A DNA stretch of 54,306 nt from Clostridia bacterium (GTDB lineage Bacteria; Bacillota; Clostridia; Christensenellales; CAG-138). The stretch spans positions 1 to 54,306 of the forward strand of contig JAFSHG010000087.1 in the NCBI GenBank assembly GCA_017440405.1, written 5' to 3'. Positions 26,409 to 35,609 of this stretch are shown here, in pieces. The notes beneath the pieces were generated by a model that saw only the letters and a program-made list of their open reading frames with translations, searched no databases and had not been told where the DNA came from. The translations under genes and the position numbers were made by a program. How positions within the stretch are numbered: position 1 is the first letter of the stretch; every line of letters starts with the position of its first letter.

Positions 26409-27032
26409 ATGGCAGAAATATTCGTCTTGGATACCAAAGGGCTGAACACAGAGGACGAGTCTGTGAAAAAGCTCATAACGGACGAGAGACGCAAGCGTAC
26501 GGAAAAGTATCTGCGTGAGTCGGACAGGCGCACTTCATACGGAGTGGAACTGCTTTTGGATTTTGCCATGCTGCATAGGTCTGCGTTTCCGCTCAACATA
26601 ATAAAAGATGAAAGAGGCAAGCCCCGTTTGCGTGACGGCGGCTTGCATTTTTCGTTCTCACACAGCGGCGATTTTGCGCTTTGTGCGGTGTCCGAGTGTG
26701 AAGTGGGGGCAGATATAGAGCAAAAAAGGGAACTTAGTGATAGCATGTGCAGGCGAATACTGTCCGCTGAGGATAGTTGCGGAGTTATTCATTCTTGGAG
26801 CGGAAAAGAAGCGTATCTGAAACTTTGCGGTTGTGGGCTTTTTGGAGGGACATCACTTTTGAGCCTGAGCATACACGATGGTTTTGTATTCAAAAACGGA
26901 GAAAAAGCTGCTCATATATTCCAGACTGACTTTTGTGACACAGTGATTTCACTGTGCACATACGAAAAAAACTCCGTAACGGTGAGAGAAATGACCGTCA
27001 CGGAGGTTCTGAAAAATATCATGAGACCTTAA
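26409..27032 (+). CDS. 4'-phosphopantetheinyl transferase (Sfp type)
   Basis: 207 aa with motifs FSFSHSGDFALCAV, GADIE and WSGKEAYLK. The ATG is 1 nt after the lysK stop. Confidence 0.8.
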   Translation: MAEIFVLDTKGLNTEDESVKKLITDERRKRTEKYLRESDRRTSYGVELLLDFAMLHRSAFPLNIIKDERGKPRLRDGGLHFSFSHSGDFALCAVSECEVGADIEQKRELSDSMCRRILSAEDSCGVIHSWSGKEAYLKLCGCGLFGGTSLLSLSIHDGFVFKNGEKAAHIFQTDFCDTVISLCTYEKNSVTVREMTVTEVLKNIMRP

Positions 27033-27307
27033 TCTTCAAAAATGAGTTCATCCTCGCTCATATATCCCATTCGATATCGGGCGTAATACTCTGTATATTC
27101 TTCTGTTCCAACATACTGGGCTAAAAGTTCAAGCCTGTTTTTTTCAAGTTCCAGTGCTTTCTGTTCTTCCAAAAGCTGCTTCTGCTCTGCCTCACGCTCC
27201 TGCATCTTCTCATTTTGCGCAAGAAAAGTGGTGATACCGAAAATAATTACCGGTACCAAAACTGCAGCGATTATCCACTTTACATAAGCATAGGTTTGCT
27301 TTTTCAC
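27029..27307 (-). CDS. FtsB/DivIC-like septum formation initiator family protein
   Basis: 92 aa with an N-terminal TM helix, a coiled coil (QKQLLEEQKALELEKNRLEL), and a GTG start. Confidence 0.55.
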   Translation of the reverse strand: MKKQTYAYVKWIIAAVLVPVIIFGITTFLAQNEKMQEREAEQKQLLEEQKALELEKNRLELLAQYVGTEEYTEYYARYRMGYMSEDELIFED

Positions 27308-27604
27308 AGGTAGGCTTGTCCTTTCATATATTAGAGCGCCGAAAGTACTCCAATCAATATTAAAGCATACATTTTATGCAATTTCAAGGGCTTTATGCAT
27401 TTTCTTGCAAATATTAAATTTCGGTAAAAGTTTTTCCGGCTCAGTCTTGAAGGATATATGCAGAAGCAATCTGAGCGGACAAGTGCAGAATAATGCGGAG
27501 GATATTCTCAAAAGGCGTGATAGAAGTGTTCGCCATAAACGAATAGGGAATCCTTTCCCGTGAAAAGAAAGGACTCCCACACATAAGAAATTCAAAATAT
27601 AAAA

Positions 27605-28177
27605 TTACTGTTTCCTGCTGCCCGGTTTCACAAGGGGGAGTTTGCCCTCCTTGCATATGGGGCATTCTTCGGCGTCATATGCTTTTATATCCAGCTTGAC
27701 TGCGCTGTACACGGGGAGGGTGAGCGCACTGTTTTCTGCTCGTCTGTCTGCTATACATGCAACAGCTACCACCTCAGCACCCAAGTCCTCTAAGACTTTT
27801 ACGGTTTCCATGGTGGATTTTCCTGTGGTAACCACGTCTTCTGTTATGACGATTTTATCACCGGGGTTCACGGTAAACCGTTTCAGTGTCATCACATTGT
27901 CCACACGCTCCGTGAATATGCTCTCCACGCCCAACTGACGACCCAGCTCATATGCCACAATGACGCCGCCCATTGCGGGGCCGCAAACCTTATCTATTTT
28001 AAGATCACGCAGTTTCTCTGCCACATCGTGCAGAACCTCGGCTGCCTTGTCGGGGAAGCGGAGAAGATGTGCGCACTGGCAGTAACCGCCGCTGTGCTTG
28101 CCCGATGAAAGAAGAAAGTGTCCTTCCAAGAATGCTTCTGACTCTTTGAGTATTTTGATGTTGTTTGATTCGCTCAT
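27605..28177 (-). CDS. pyrE: orotate phosphoribosyltransferase
   Basis: 190 aa with the PRPP-binding motif KIVITEDVVTTGKS. It is the last gene of the pyr operon. Confidence 0.9.
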   Translation of the reverse strand: MSESNNIKILKESEAFLEGHFLLSSGKHSGGYCQCAHLLRFPDKAAEVLHDVAEKLRDLKIDKVCGPAMGGVIVAYELGRQLGVESIFTERVDNVMTLKRFTVNPGDKIVITEDVVTTGKSTMETVKVLEDLGAEVVAVACIADRRAENSALTLPVYSAVKLDIKAYDAEECPICKEGKLPLVKPGSRKQ

Positions 28178-28201
28178 TTTTTGCTCTCCTATCTTAAATT
28201 C

Positions 28202-29110
28202 TTATATTATTCCTCGCACTTGCGATATGTTTGAAAGTCCTTGCTCCGTGCAGTATTTTTCCAAGCCGTCTATTATTTTCAGCATTGCATACGGGTCTGC
28301 AAATGTTGAAGTGCCCACCTGCACGGCAGTTGCACCTGCCATTATAAATTGCAAAGCATCATCTGCTGTTCGTATTCCGCCCAAACCCACCACGGGGATT
28401 TTCACACTCTTGCACACCTTATGTACCATGCATAGGGCAATGGGCATTATGCATGGCCCCGATACGCCTGCATTTATATTGTTGAAAACGGGTGCTTTTC
28501 GTGCCGTGTCAATGGCAAGTCCCAAGAATGTGTTTACGAGCGATACCGCATCTGCACCTGCATCTTCTACCGCCTTTGCCACCGCCTGTATGTCGTGAGC
28601 GTTCGGGGACAACTTCACCATGAGCGGATGACGGGTAACAGCCTTTACCTTTCTCGTGATATCTGCGGCAGTTTCGGGAAGTATTCCATATGCCATGCCG
28701 CCGCATTTCACATTCGGGCATGAAATGTTAAGTTCCAGTATGTCGATGTCGGCATCGTTCAACATTCTTGCACCCTCTGTGTAATCGTGCTCACTGTGAC
28801 CGCCCAGATTGGCTATGGATATGCAGGGCGAGTATTCACGCATTTTTTTTGATTCTATTTCAACAAAATGCCGTACACCGGGGTTCTCCAAACCAATGCT
28901 GTTCATTATCCCGGCGGGTGTTTCATGTATGCGCATACCGCTGTTGCCTTGCGAACCTTGGAGGGTTAGGCCTTTTCCGCTTATGCCGCCCAGCTTCTTT
29001 ACATCGAAAAACTCCGCATACTCTGCGCCGAATCCGAATGTACCCGATGCTGCGATAACAGGGTTTTGCATTTCCACTCCGCACAGATATGTTTTCAAAG
29101 GATTACTCAT
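28202..29110 (-). CDS. pyrD: dihydroorotate dehydrogenase B, catalytic subunit
   Basis: 302 aa from the ATG at 29110 (MSNPLKTYLCGVEMQNPVIAASGTFGFG). It overlaps the pyrK stop by 8 nt (ATGAGTAA). Confidence 0.9.
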   Translation of the reverse strand: MSNPLKTYLCGVEMQNPVIAASGTFGFGAEYAEFFDVKKLGGISGKGLTLQGSQGNSGMRIHETPAGIMNSIGLENPGVRHFVEIESKKMREYSPCISIANLGGHSEHDYTEGARMLNDADIDILELNISCPNVKCGGMAYGILPETAADITRKVKAVTRHPLMVKLSPNAHDIQAVAKAVEDAGADAVSLVNTFLGLAIDTARKAPVFNNINAGVSGPCIMPIALCMVHKVCKSVKIPVVGLGGIRTADDALQFIMAGATAVQVGTSTFADPYAMLKIIDGLEKYCTEQGLSNISQVRGII

Positions 29111-29861
29111 AAAAACACCCCTTTTCTGCGTCATACACCTGTGAGGCTTCAAACACGGGACCGTCTTTGCACGCTCTTTTTTTCGTACCGTCCTGAGTTT
29201 TACACGTGCATACCAAACATGCCCCAACTCCGCACGCCATATGCGTGTCCAGTGAAACATAAAGAGTTTTCTTGTGTGCAGATGCATGTTTTGCCGCCGC
29301 TGCCATCATGGGCATGGTGCCGCATGTGTAAAAGAGAGAACTGCTCTCAAAGTCCACATCATCCGTGACATAGCCGCCCACATTTAGCTTAACTCCATTG
29401 CACAGGGCTGCAAAATCATCCGTGAGCAAAACTTCGTTTTCGTTGCGGAAACCTATATGCATGAGTATCTTTCTTTGGGGGTACAGTGCCTTATGCTCCT
29501 TTGCAAACAGATAAAGCGGTGCTGCACCCACGCCGCCGCCTATGAGAGTGACATCGGTATCAAAATGCGGATAACCATGCCCCAACGGTCCTGTGAGGGT
29601 GAGTTCATCTCCCTGTTTCATGCGGCTCATAAGTTCAGTACCTCTGCCTACTACCATGTACAGGAATGTGACGGTATGATTGGACTCGTCCGTATCAAAT
29701 ATACTTATAGGCCTTGAGAGCAGTGGGTCACACGAGTGTTCGGGTGAAACCTTTATCATATAAAACTGGCCGCTCACGCCCAAATCGGAGGATGTGGGCA
29801 TGGATACGGTCATCTTATACGTGTTGTTGCAAAGTGCGACGTTTTGCAGAATCAAAGCCAT
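29103..29861 (-). CDS. pyrK: dihydroorotate dehydrogenase electron-transfer subunit
   Basis: 252 aa with an FAD/NAD-binding fold and a C-terminal 2Fe-2S cysteine cluster, CGVGACLVC..C. Confidence 0.9.
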   Translation of the reverse strand: MALILQNVALCNNTYKMTVSMPTSSDLGVSGQFYMIKVSPEHSCDPLLSRPISIFDTDESNHTVTFLYMVVGRGTELMSRMKQGDELTLTGPLGHGYPHFDTDVTLIGGGVGAAPLYLFAKEHKALYPQRKILMHIGFRNENEVLLTDDFAALCNGVKLNVGGYVTDDVDFESSSLFYTCGTMPMMAAAAKHASAHKKTLYVSLDTHMACGVGACLVCTCKTQDGTKKRACKDGPVFEASQVYDAEKGCFYE

Positions 29862-30700
29862 TTCTGTATATCCTCTTTCATTTTCAGTACGGCTTCACGC
29901 ACATAAACATTGAAATCCTCTCCCTCAGACTTGCCCTTGTGAGCGGTGATAAGACCACGGGACGAGTTTACAACGCCGCAAACACCGTCTGCAAATACTT
30001 CTGCTATGTCCTTGCCCGTGCCGCCTTGTGCGCCATAGCCCGGGATGAGGAAGAATGTGTGCGGCATATGTTTTTTTATCTCCAAAAACTCGGCAGGGTA
30101 AGTGAGTCCCACAACTGCGCCTATGGCAGAAAAACCGCTCTTGCCAATGAATTTTTCGCCCCACTGTTCGGCTTTTTTCGCCATACGAATATATACGGGT
30201 TCACCGTCTTGTGTGCGTATGTCCTGTATGTCGCCGCTCGACGGATTGGATGTTTTAATCAACAGAAACAGACCTTTTTCAGGTAAATAGTCATAGTACG
30301 GGGATACCGCATCTTCGCCCATATATGAGTTCACAGTCATTATATCCGTTTCAAAGTCGCCCGTAAAATGTCCCTTTGCATACTGTGCTGCCGTGGATGA
30401 AATATCTCCACGCTTCACATCGGATATCACTATGGCACCCTTTTTACGGGCATATTTTACCGTCTTTGCAAAAGCTGTCATGCCTTCCAAACCCAACGCC
30501 TCATAACATGCTATCTGAACCTTATAACATGCACATTCATCAAAGGTTGAGTCAATTATCTTGCGGTTAAACTCAAATATTTTTTCACCTTTTGTTGCAT
30601 CCGCATTTTTCAGATAGTCGGGCAAAAAGTCATACTTGGTATCCAGCCCCACACAAACGGGGGATTTTACGGCTTTTTCAGCCAAGAAGTCCATTATCAT
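29852..30700 (-). CDS. pyrF: orotidine 5'-phosphate decarboxylase (type 2)
   Basis: 282 aa with motifs VCVGLDT and DVKRGDI, in the pyr operon context. Confidence 0.9.
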   Translation of the reverse strand: MIMDFLAEKAVKSPVCVGLDTKYDFLPDYLKNADATKGEKIFEFNRKIIDSTFDECACYKVQIACYEALGLEGMTAFAKTVKYARKKGAIVISDVKRGDISSTAAQYAKGHFTGDFETDIMTVNSYMGEDAVSPYYDYLPEKGLFLLIKTSNPSSGDIQDIRTQDGEPVYIRMAKKAEQWGEKFIGKSGFSAIGAVVGLTYPAEFLEIKKHMPHTFFLIPGYGAQGGTGKDIAEVFADGVCGVVNSSRGLITAHKGKSEGEDFNVYVREAVLKMKEDIQKWL

Positions 30701-31847
30701 ACTTTACTTTTCCTCCACATATGGTTCTTAAAACTTTTCCTCTCACTTCCCTGCCGTCAAACGGCGTGTTATGAGAGCGTGAAATCATTTTGTCCTTTTC
30801 TATAAATCCCTTGCACTCCGTATCTGCAATCACTATATCTGCCAGATATCCGCATTTTATCAGACCCGCATTCATGCGCAAAAGTCTTGCCGGGGTGTAG
30901 GACGTCATTTCGGAAAAACGCTTCAGGGAGATGTTGTTGTCAAAGAAAACTTTGAGGTAAATCTGCATGGCATGTTCTATGTTCGATATGCCTGCCAATC
31001 CCTTTTCCTTATCCTCGGGGGTGTGGGGCGCATGGTCCGTGGACAGACAGTCCGCCGTCCCGTCCTTTATGGCTGCAATGAGCGCACAAACATCGGCTTC
31101 CGTCCGTATGGGCGGATTCACCTTGTAATCCAAATCATGGGCAAAGAGATGATGCGGCGTAATTTCGCATGTAAGAGAAAGTCCTTGCGCCTTTGCTTCC
31201 CGTACCATTTGTGCCGTCTCGCTGCGGCTTATATGACCTATGTGCAGATTGCCGCCTAATTTTTTCAGCAGTGCTATATCTCGTGCCACAATGTGTCTTT
31301 CGGGTTGACAGTGGGTACTTATTATAAAACCGTAATCCGTAGATGCAATGAGCAGATTGGACATAAATTCATCGCTGAATATGGTGACACCGTCATTTGA
31401 AATTATGCGTGTGACTTTTGAGAGTGCGGCGTAATCGGTGGGGGTTTCGTCATGCAAGTCATATCCTGCCGCTGCACACTGTATAAGTCGGCACATTTGC
31501 ATCTTTTCAGCACGTTCGGTATTTGACTTTACGGCGTCAGGAGTTGCACAGACGGGACGTGTGTTCGCCATGGCACACAATGTGGTGTATCCGCCTGCAA
31601 GGGCAGCTCGCATACCCGTTTCCAGCGTTTCTTTTTCGGGATAGCCGGGGTCACGCAGATGACAGTGCATGTCGATGAAAGAGGGCATGAGTGCATACCC
31701 TTTTACATCCACGGTGTTGTCTGGCTCTTTATAAGGACAGTCGGATTCGGGGCCTGCATATACTATTATTTTGTCATTTACGGTTACGCAGCCGAGGTAG
31801 TTGCTGTTTTTATCAATTATCCTGGCGTTTATGTAGTTAGTAATCAT
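30678..31847 (-). CDS. pyrC: dihydroorotase
   Basis: 389 aa with motifs DMHCHLRDPG and STDHAPH. Confidence 0.9.
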   Translation of the reverse strand: MITNYINARIIDKNSNYLGCVTVNDKIIVYAGPESDCPYKEPDNTVDVKGYALMPSFIDMHCHLRDPGYPEKETLETGMRAALAGGYTTLCAMANTRPVCATPDAVKSNTERAEKMQMCRLIQCAAAGYDLHDETPTDYAALSKVTRIISNDGVTIFSDEFMSNLLIASTDYGFIISTHCQPERHIVARDIALLKKLGGNLHIGHISRSETAQMVREAKAQGLSLTCEITPHHLFAHDLDYKVNPPIRTEADVCALIAAIKDGTADCLSTDHAPHTPEDKEKGLAGISNIEHAMQIYLKVFFDNNISLKRFSEMTSYTPARLLRMNAGLIKCGYLADIVIADTECKGFIEKDKMISRSHNTPFDGREVRGKVLRTICGGKVKYDNGLLG

Positions 31848-32266
31848 AGACTTGTCTGTGCGTCACAGAATTCACATGCATAAAGCTTTTTCTCGGCATT
31901 TACCAATCTGAAATGTACATGTTCTATGTGCTCTTGATTCGTAATACAACGAGGGTTTTTACATGAAAGAATATCTATAACTTCATTCGGGGGAGTGAGC
32001 TTTACTTTCTTCACCTTCTCGCCGTCCAATACATATGTAACGGTAACACCGGGGTCAATGAGAGCCAACACATCAAAATTTATCTGTAAGTCGGTTTCAA
32101 TTTTTATGAGGTCTTTTTTACCTTTTTTTGCGCTGTCCACATTTCGCATTAAAACGACCACGGCATCCAGCTCGTCCAAATTAAGCTGTCTGAAAATTTT
32201 ATAACCCTTGCCTGCGGTTATATGGTCTATAACGATACCTTTTTTGAGTTTTGATACATTTATCAT
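31844..32266 (-). CDS. pyrI: aspartate carbamoyltransferase regulatory subunit
   Basis: 140 aa with the zinc motif CKNPRC..C..C at the C-terminus. It follows pyrB. Confidence 0.9.
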   Translation of the reverse strand: MINVSKLKKGIVIDHITAGKGYKIFRQLNLDELDAVVVLMRNVDSAKKGKKDLIKIETDLQINFDVLALIDPGVTVTYVLDGEKVKKVKLTPPNEVIDILSCKNPRCITNQEHIEHVHFRLVNAEKKLYACEFCDAQTSL

Positions 32267-32284
32267 GTTATGCCTCCTGTTTTA

Positions 32285-33217
32285 TTATTCGCAGAGTGGG
32301 TCTTTTATGCCCAAAAGCGTCATAATGAGTGCCATTCGCACATACATGCCGTACTTCACCTGGTGGAAATACACGGCTCTGGGGTCGCTGTCCACTTCTG
32401 TGGCTATTTCATTTACACGGGGCAGCGGATGCATGACTATCATGTCCTCCTTGGCGTGCTTCATCTTCTCCTTTGTCAGTATGAAGTAGTCTTTCAAGCG
32501 CAAATAGTCTTCTTCCGATATGAACCTTTCACGCTGCACTCTTGACATGTACAAGATGTCAAGAGAACCAATGGACTCATCCAGACTGCTGGTTTCTGTG
32601 TATTCAACACCCATCTTGTTCAGTTCGTCTTTCACATAAACGGGCATTTTCAATTCATCGGGAGAAATGAATACGAAGCGGATGTTTTCAAATCTTGCAA
32701 GGCATGTAACCAGTGAATGTATGGTTCTGCCGAATTTTAAGTCGCCGCAAACGCCCACGGTGAGGTCTTTTATTTCAGGCTTATAACTCACTATGGTGAG
32801 TAGGTCTGTGAGCGTCTGTGTGGGATGCATGTGACCGCCGTCGCCCGCATTTATGACGGGACATTCTGCGTGTTTGGACATAAGCCTTGCGGTACCCTCT
32901 TTGGGGTGACGAACCACTATGATATCTGCGTACTTTGAAATGGTGAGTGCGCTGTCTGCCACCGTTTCACCTTTTGCGGTGCTGGATGTGGTGGGGTCTG
33001 AAAAGCCTATGACTTGTCCACCCAATCTGAGCATTGCAGTGTCGAAGGAGAATTTAGTTCTGGTGGAAGGCTCATAAAAAAGACTCGCAAGCACTTTCCC
33101 TTTACAAACCTCCGAATAAGCAATCGGGTTTTGGATAATGCGTTTTGCAAGTCGTAACATATCATTTATTTCAGCGATTGAAAAATCGCTCGGTTGTAAT
33201 AAGTGTCTGGATTCCAT
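32285..33217 (-). CDS. pyrB: aspartate carbamoyltransferase catalytic subunit
   Basis: 310 aa with motifs [13 protein letters not shown] and HPLPR. Confidence 0.95.
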   Translation of the reverse strand: MESRHLLQPSDFSIAEINDMLRLAKRIIQNPIAYSEVCKGKVLASLFYEPSTRTKFSFDTAMLRLGGQVIGFSDPTTSSTAKGETVADSALTISKYADIIVVRHPKEGTARLMSKHAECPVINAGDGGHMHPTQTLTDLLTIVSYKPEIKDLTVGVCGDLKFGRTIHSLVTCLARFENIRFVFISPDELKMPVYVKDELNKMGVEYTETSSLDESIGSLDILYMSRVQRERFISEEDYLRLKDYFILTKEKMKHAKEDMIVMHPLPRVNEIATEVDSDPRAVYFHQVKYGMYVRMALIMTLLGIKDPLCE

Positions 33218-33250
33218 ATAGCCACTTCCTTTCCTATTTATCCAATAATA

Positions 33251-33279
33251 ATATTACATTAAAAGTGCGAAAATGTCAA
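33251..33279 (-). promoter_or_regulatory. sigma-A promoter of the pyr operon (TTGACA-17-TAATAT on the minus strand)
   Basis: -35 (forward tgtcaa) at 33274..33279 and -10 (forward atatta) at 33251..33256. I saw no obvious PyrR-type attenuator hairpin in the ~30-nt leader. Confidence 0.55.
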
Positions 33280-33315
33280 GCATAATGCGCACTCATATAT
33301 GACTTTGAATGTGTT

Positions 33316-34296
33316 TTATTCATACAGAGTGAGTGTCTGTTTTAAGTACTCTTTCAACGCATTTCTTGCGCTTGCGGGCGATATTATTTCTATGCCGTCG
33401 AAAAACTGTGCAACCCAAGACAGAAAGCCCGTACTCATTGCAACATCCACAATGGTTATGAAATGCTCGTTTCCGTCACGGCGCAGGGGGGTGGAATTTC
33501 CGAACTTGTCCAATATTTCGGTTATGCGTGCATTTTTGCATCGGAGTGTTACGGTGGTTATCTCACCGCCGAACATGTTTATGCATTTTTTTGCATAATC
33601 CGATGCATCAAATCTGAGTTTGTATTCCGAAACTTCGCTGAAATGCCGCCAAGGAATTTGTTCGGGATATGCGCCTTTTATTCTGTCTATTCTAAAATGT
33701 GTAAGTCCCTCATGCCCTGCCGAATTGCACACCAAATAATAGTTATCCATATGCCATATCATGGCGTACGGGCTGACCAAATATCTTGTACCGTTGTGTT
33801 GCGGCACATCCTGTTTTGAGAGATTCTTTTTGTAATAATAAAAAGAGAGTTGTCGGTGACCCGAGATGGCGTTGTTCACGGTCTCAATGGTTTTGTACAC
33901 CTCATTACTTTCGTACTTCACCACACCTATGTGCGACTTGCCGATTATCTGTTCTGCCTGATGAACGCTGAGTTGCGATGACAGTTTTTCTGTGAGCATT
34001 GCCGCCTTATCGGGAGTAATAAATGAAGCCGCCTGAATGGCAGATACAAGGAGTCGTATTTCCGCAACTCGGAACACTCTCGTATCCACAAAAAAGCCCG
34101 TGGAGGTTTTTTTTATGTCAACACCGTATTCACCCAGTGCGTCGATATCTCTGTATATGCCCTTTCGCTCTGCTGATACGGAATATTCCGATTTTAAGAG
34201 TGAGCATATGTTCTCTGCTGTCAGTCTGTGTTCCGAATCGGAGTATTTTCTGAGGATATCGAGTACATAAAACGATTTTAACTTTGTTGCAGACAT
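33316..34296 (-). CDS. HTH plus WYL domain transcriptional regulator
   Basis: 326 aa with an N-terminal winged HTH (FYVLDILRKYSD..LTAENICSLL), a central WYL-like core (RYLVSPYAMIWHMDNYYLVC..THFRIDRI), and a C-terminal WCX-like domain. Confidence 0.75.
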   Translation of the reverse strand: MSATKLKSFYVLDILRKYSDSEHRLTAENICSLLKSEYSVSAERKGIYRDIDALGEYGVDIKKTSTGFFVDTRVFRVAEIRLLVSAIQAASFITPDKAAMLTEKLSSQLSVHQAEQIIGKSHIGVVKYESNEVYKTIETVNNAISGHRQLSFYYYKKNLSKQDVPQHNGTRYLVSPYAMIWHMDNYYLVCNSAGHEGLTHFRIDRIKGAYPEQIPWRHFSEVSEYKLRFDASDYAKKCINMFGGEITTVTLRCKNARITEILDKFGNSTPLRRDGNEHFITIVDVAMSTGFLSWVAQFFDGIEIISPASARNALKEYLKQTLTLYE

Positions 34297-34371
34297 AAAA
34301 AACCTCCTAAAAAAACGGGCATATACTGTATGCGAGGTATATGCCCGTGCTGTAAAGCAAATGCTGTGTGT

Positions 34372-35229
34372 TTATTCAGTTTCCGTTTCCGAATCATTTA
34401 GCGGTTCTGCATCTGCGTTTGCTTCTGCTGCTGCACGCACCGCCTCCTCTGCTGCACGGTTAAACTCTTTGCGCTCTTTCACCTTTGAGATGATGAATAT
34501 TATTATTACCACAACCAAGGCGATTGCGAGTATTAAAAGTGCTATGTATATGAGGTCCTTTTTCGTGCGGTCGCTCAATTCATACCAGGGTGCATCCGGA
34601 ACGGGAATTTCATCGTACTGTACGGAAGCCACTGCTGCGTCAAATACATCAACATAATCGTCTGACAGTTTCTCGTACGCATTGAGGTCAAAGTCTATGG
34701 CGAATCCATTCATAACCGTGTGATAAAGGCGGCCGTACATGGGATTTCCCTCGGTGTCCACGTCTTGATAGTTAAAGACTATGTAATTGGTCTCTGCACC
34801 CTTTATTACGGTGTAATCGGAATAAACGGTGGTGGAACCTTCTGAATTTACATTAGCCTTATATGATGCTTTTGCTGTCATTTCAAGCTCGAAGTCATAG
34901 AGGTCCGAGTAGTCGATTTTTTCCTCAAAATCGTCATACGAAGATACGCATATCTCATACTGAGCGTCACCGCTGCCCACAGCGGCTGCAAAGAGGTAGT
35001 AATCATACAGCTTCATGAACCTCTGCCAAGCGTCTTTATCTTTATCAAAGTAGCTCTTTGTGAATTTTTCATCAAATTCGGTACGGGTAGCAACTGTCCA
35101 AGTGTCAGGCAGGTCTATGCTGAACTTCAACTCTTCCACGTTGTGACTCTTTGCCAAAGAAGCAGGACAAAGTGCCATGACGGTAGCGAGGATGATTGCA
35201 ATACCGATGAACATTCTTATAGCTTTCAT
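34372..35229 (-). CDS. secreted, C-terminally membrane-anchored protein (hypothetical)
   Basis: The start is at the ATG at 35229, with GGAGG 7 nt upstream. The signal peptide is MKAIRMFIGIAIILATVMALCPASLA, the C-terminal TM helix is LIYIALLILAIALVVVIIIFII, and the tail is acidic. Confidence 0.6.
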   Translation of the reverse strand: MKAIRMFIGIAIILATVMALCPASLAKSHNVEELKFSIDLPDTWTVATRTEFDEKFTKSYFDKDKDAWQRFMKLYDYYLFAAAVGSGDAQYEICVSSYDDFEEKIDYSDLYDFELEMTAKASYKANVNSEGSTTVYSDYTVIKGAETNYIVFNYQDVDTEGNPMYGRLYHTVMNGFAIDFDLNAYEKLSDDYVDVFDAAVASVQYDEIPVPDAPWYELSDRTKKDLIYIALLILAIALVVVIIIFIISKVKERKEFNRAAEEAVRAAAEANADAEPLNDSETETE

Positions 35230-35245
35230 ATATAATCCTCCATGA

Positions 35246-35533
35246 TCAATAATCCACACACATTATAGCATGTATAATGTTTTTCTGCAATATTTTTTTC
35301 CGAACATATATCACATATATGTATCCGCCGCTTGAATTGGTTGTTTGAGTATACAGGGAGACTTTTGCTACGGTGCGCGCATCCACATAGCCCGAAATGA
35401 CGGCATTACCGCCCGCACGCAGTGTTTTTACATAGTATTCCAGATTATGTTTTTCCAACGTATCCGTTATGCATCGGGTTTCTTCCATGGAATCGGTGGA
35501 TGCAAGTTTCTTTTGATTGAAAATTGTAAGCAT
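35246..35533 (-). CDS. small hypothetical protein
   Basis: 95-aa ORF divergent from ylbJ. I recognise no motif, so coding status is uncertain. Confidence 0.35.
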   Translation of the reverse strand: MLTIFNQKKLASTDSMEETRCITDTLEKHNLEYYVKTLRAGGNAVISGYVDARTVAKVSLYTQTTNSSGGYIYVIYVRKKILQKNIIHAIMCVDY

Positions 35534-35609
35534 GTTTTATTCTCGCTTTTCAGTATATTTGCATGATTATATCGTACATATGCGGTGTACTGCAAGCATA
35601 GTTTGTCAT

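Noticed and set aside
27308-27604. A 300-bp gap after pyrE contains small ORFs (27374..27595, 27441..27665) and could be a small RNA gene.
   Set aside because: It contains a plausible pyrE terminator hairpin (GGGAGTCCTTTC..GAAAGGATTCCC at about 27547..27580) and a TTGAAA-17-TTTAAT promoter for the downstream FtsB-like gene. The ORFs have no RBS or motifs, and nothing further is supportable.
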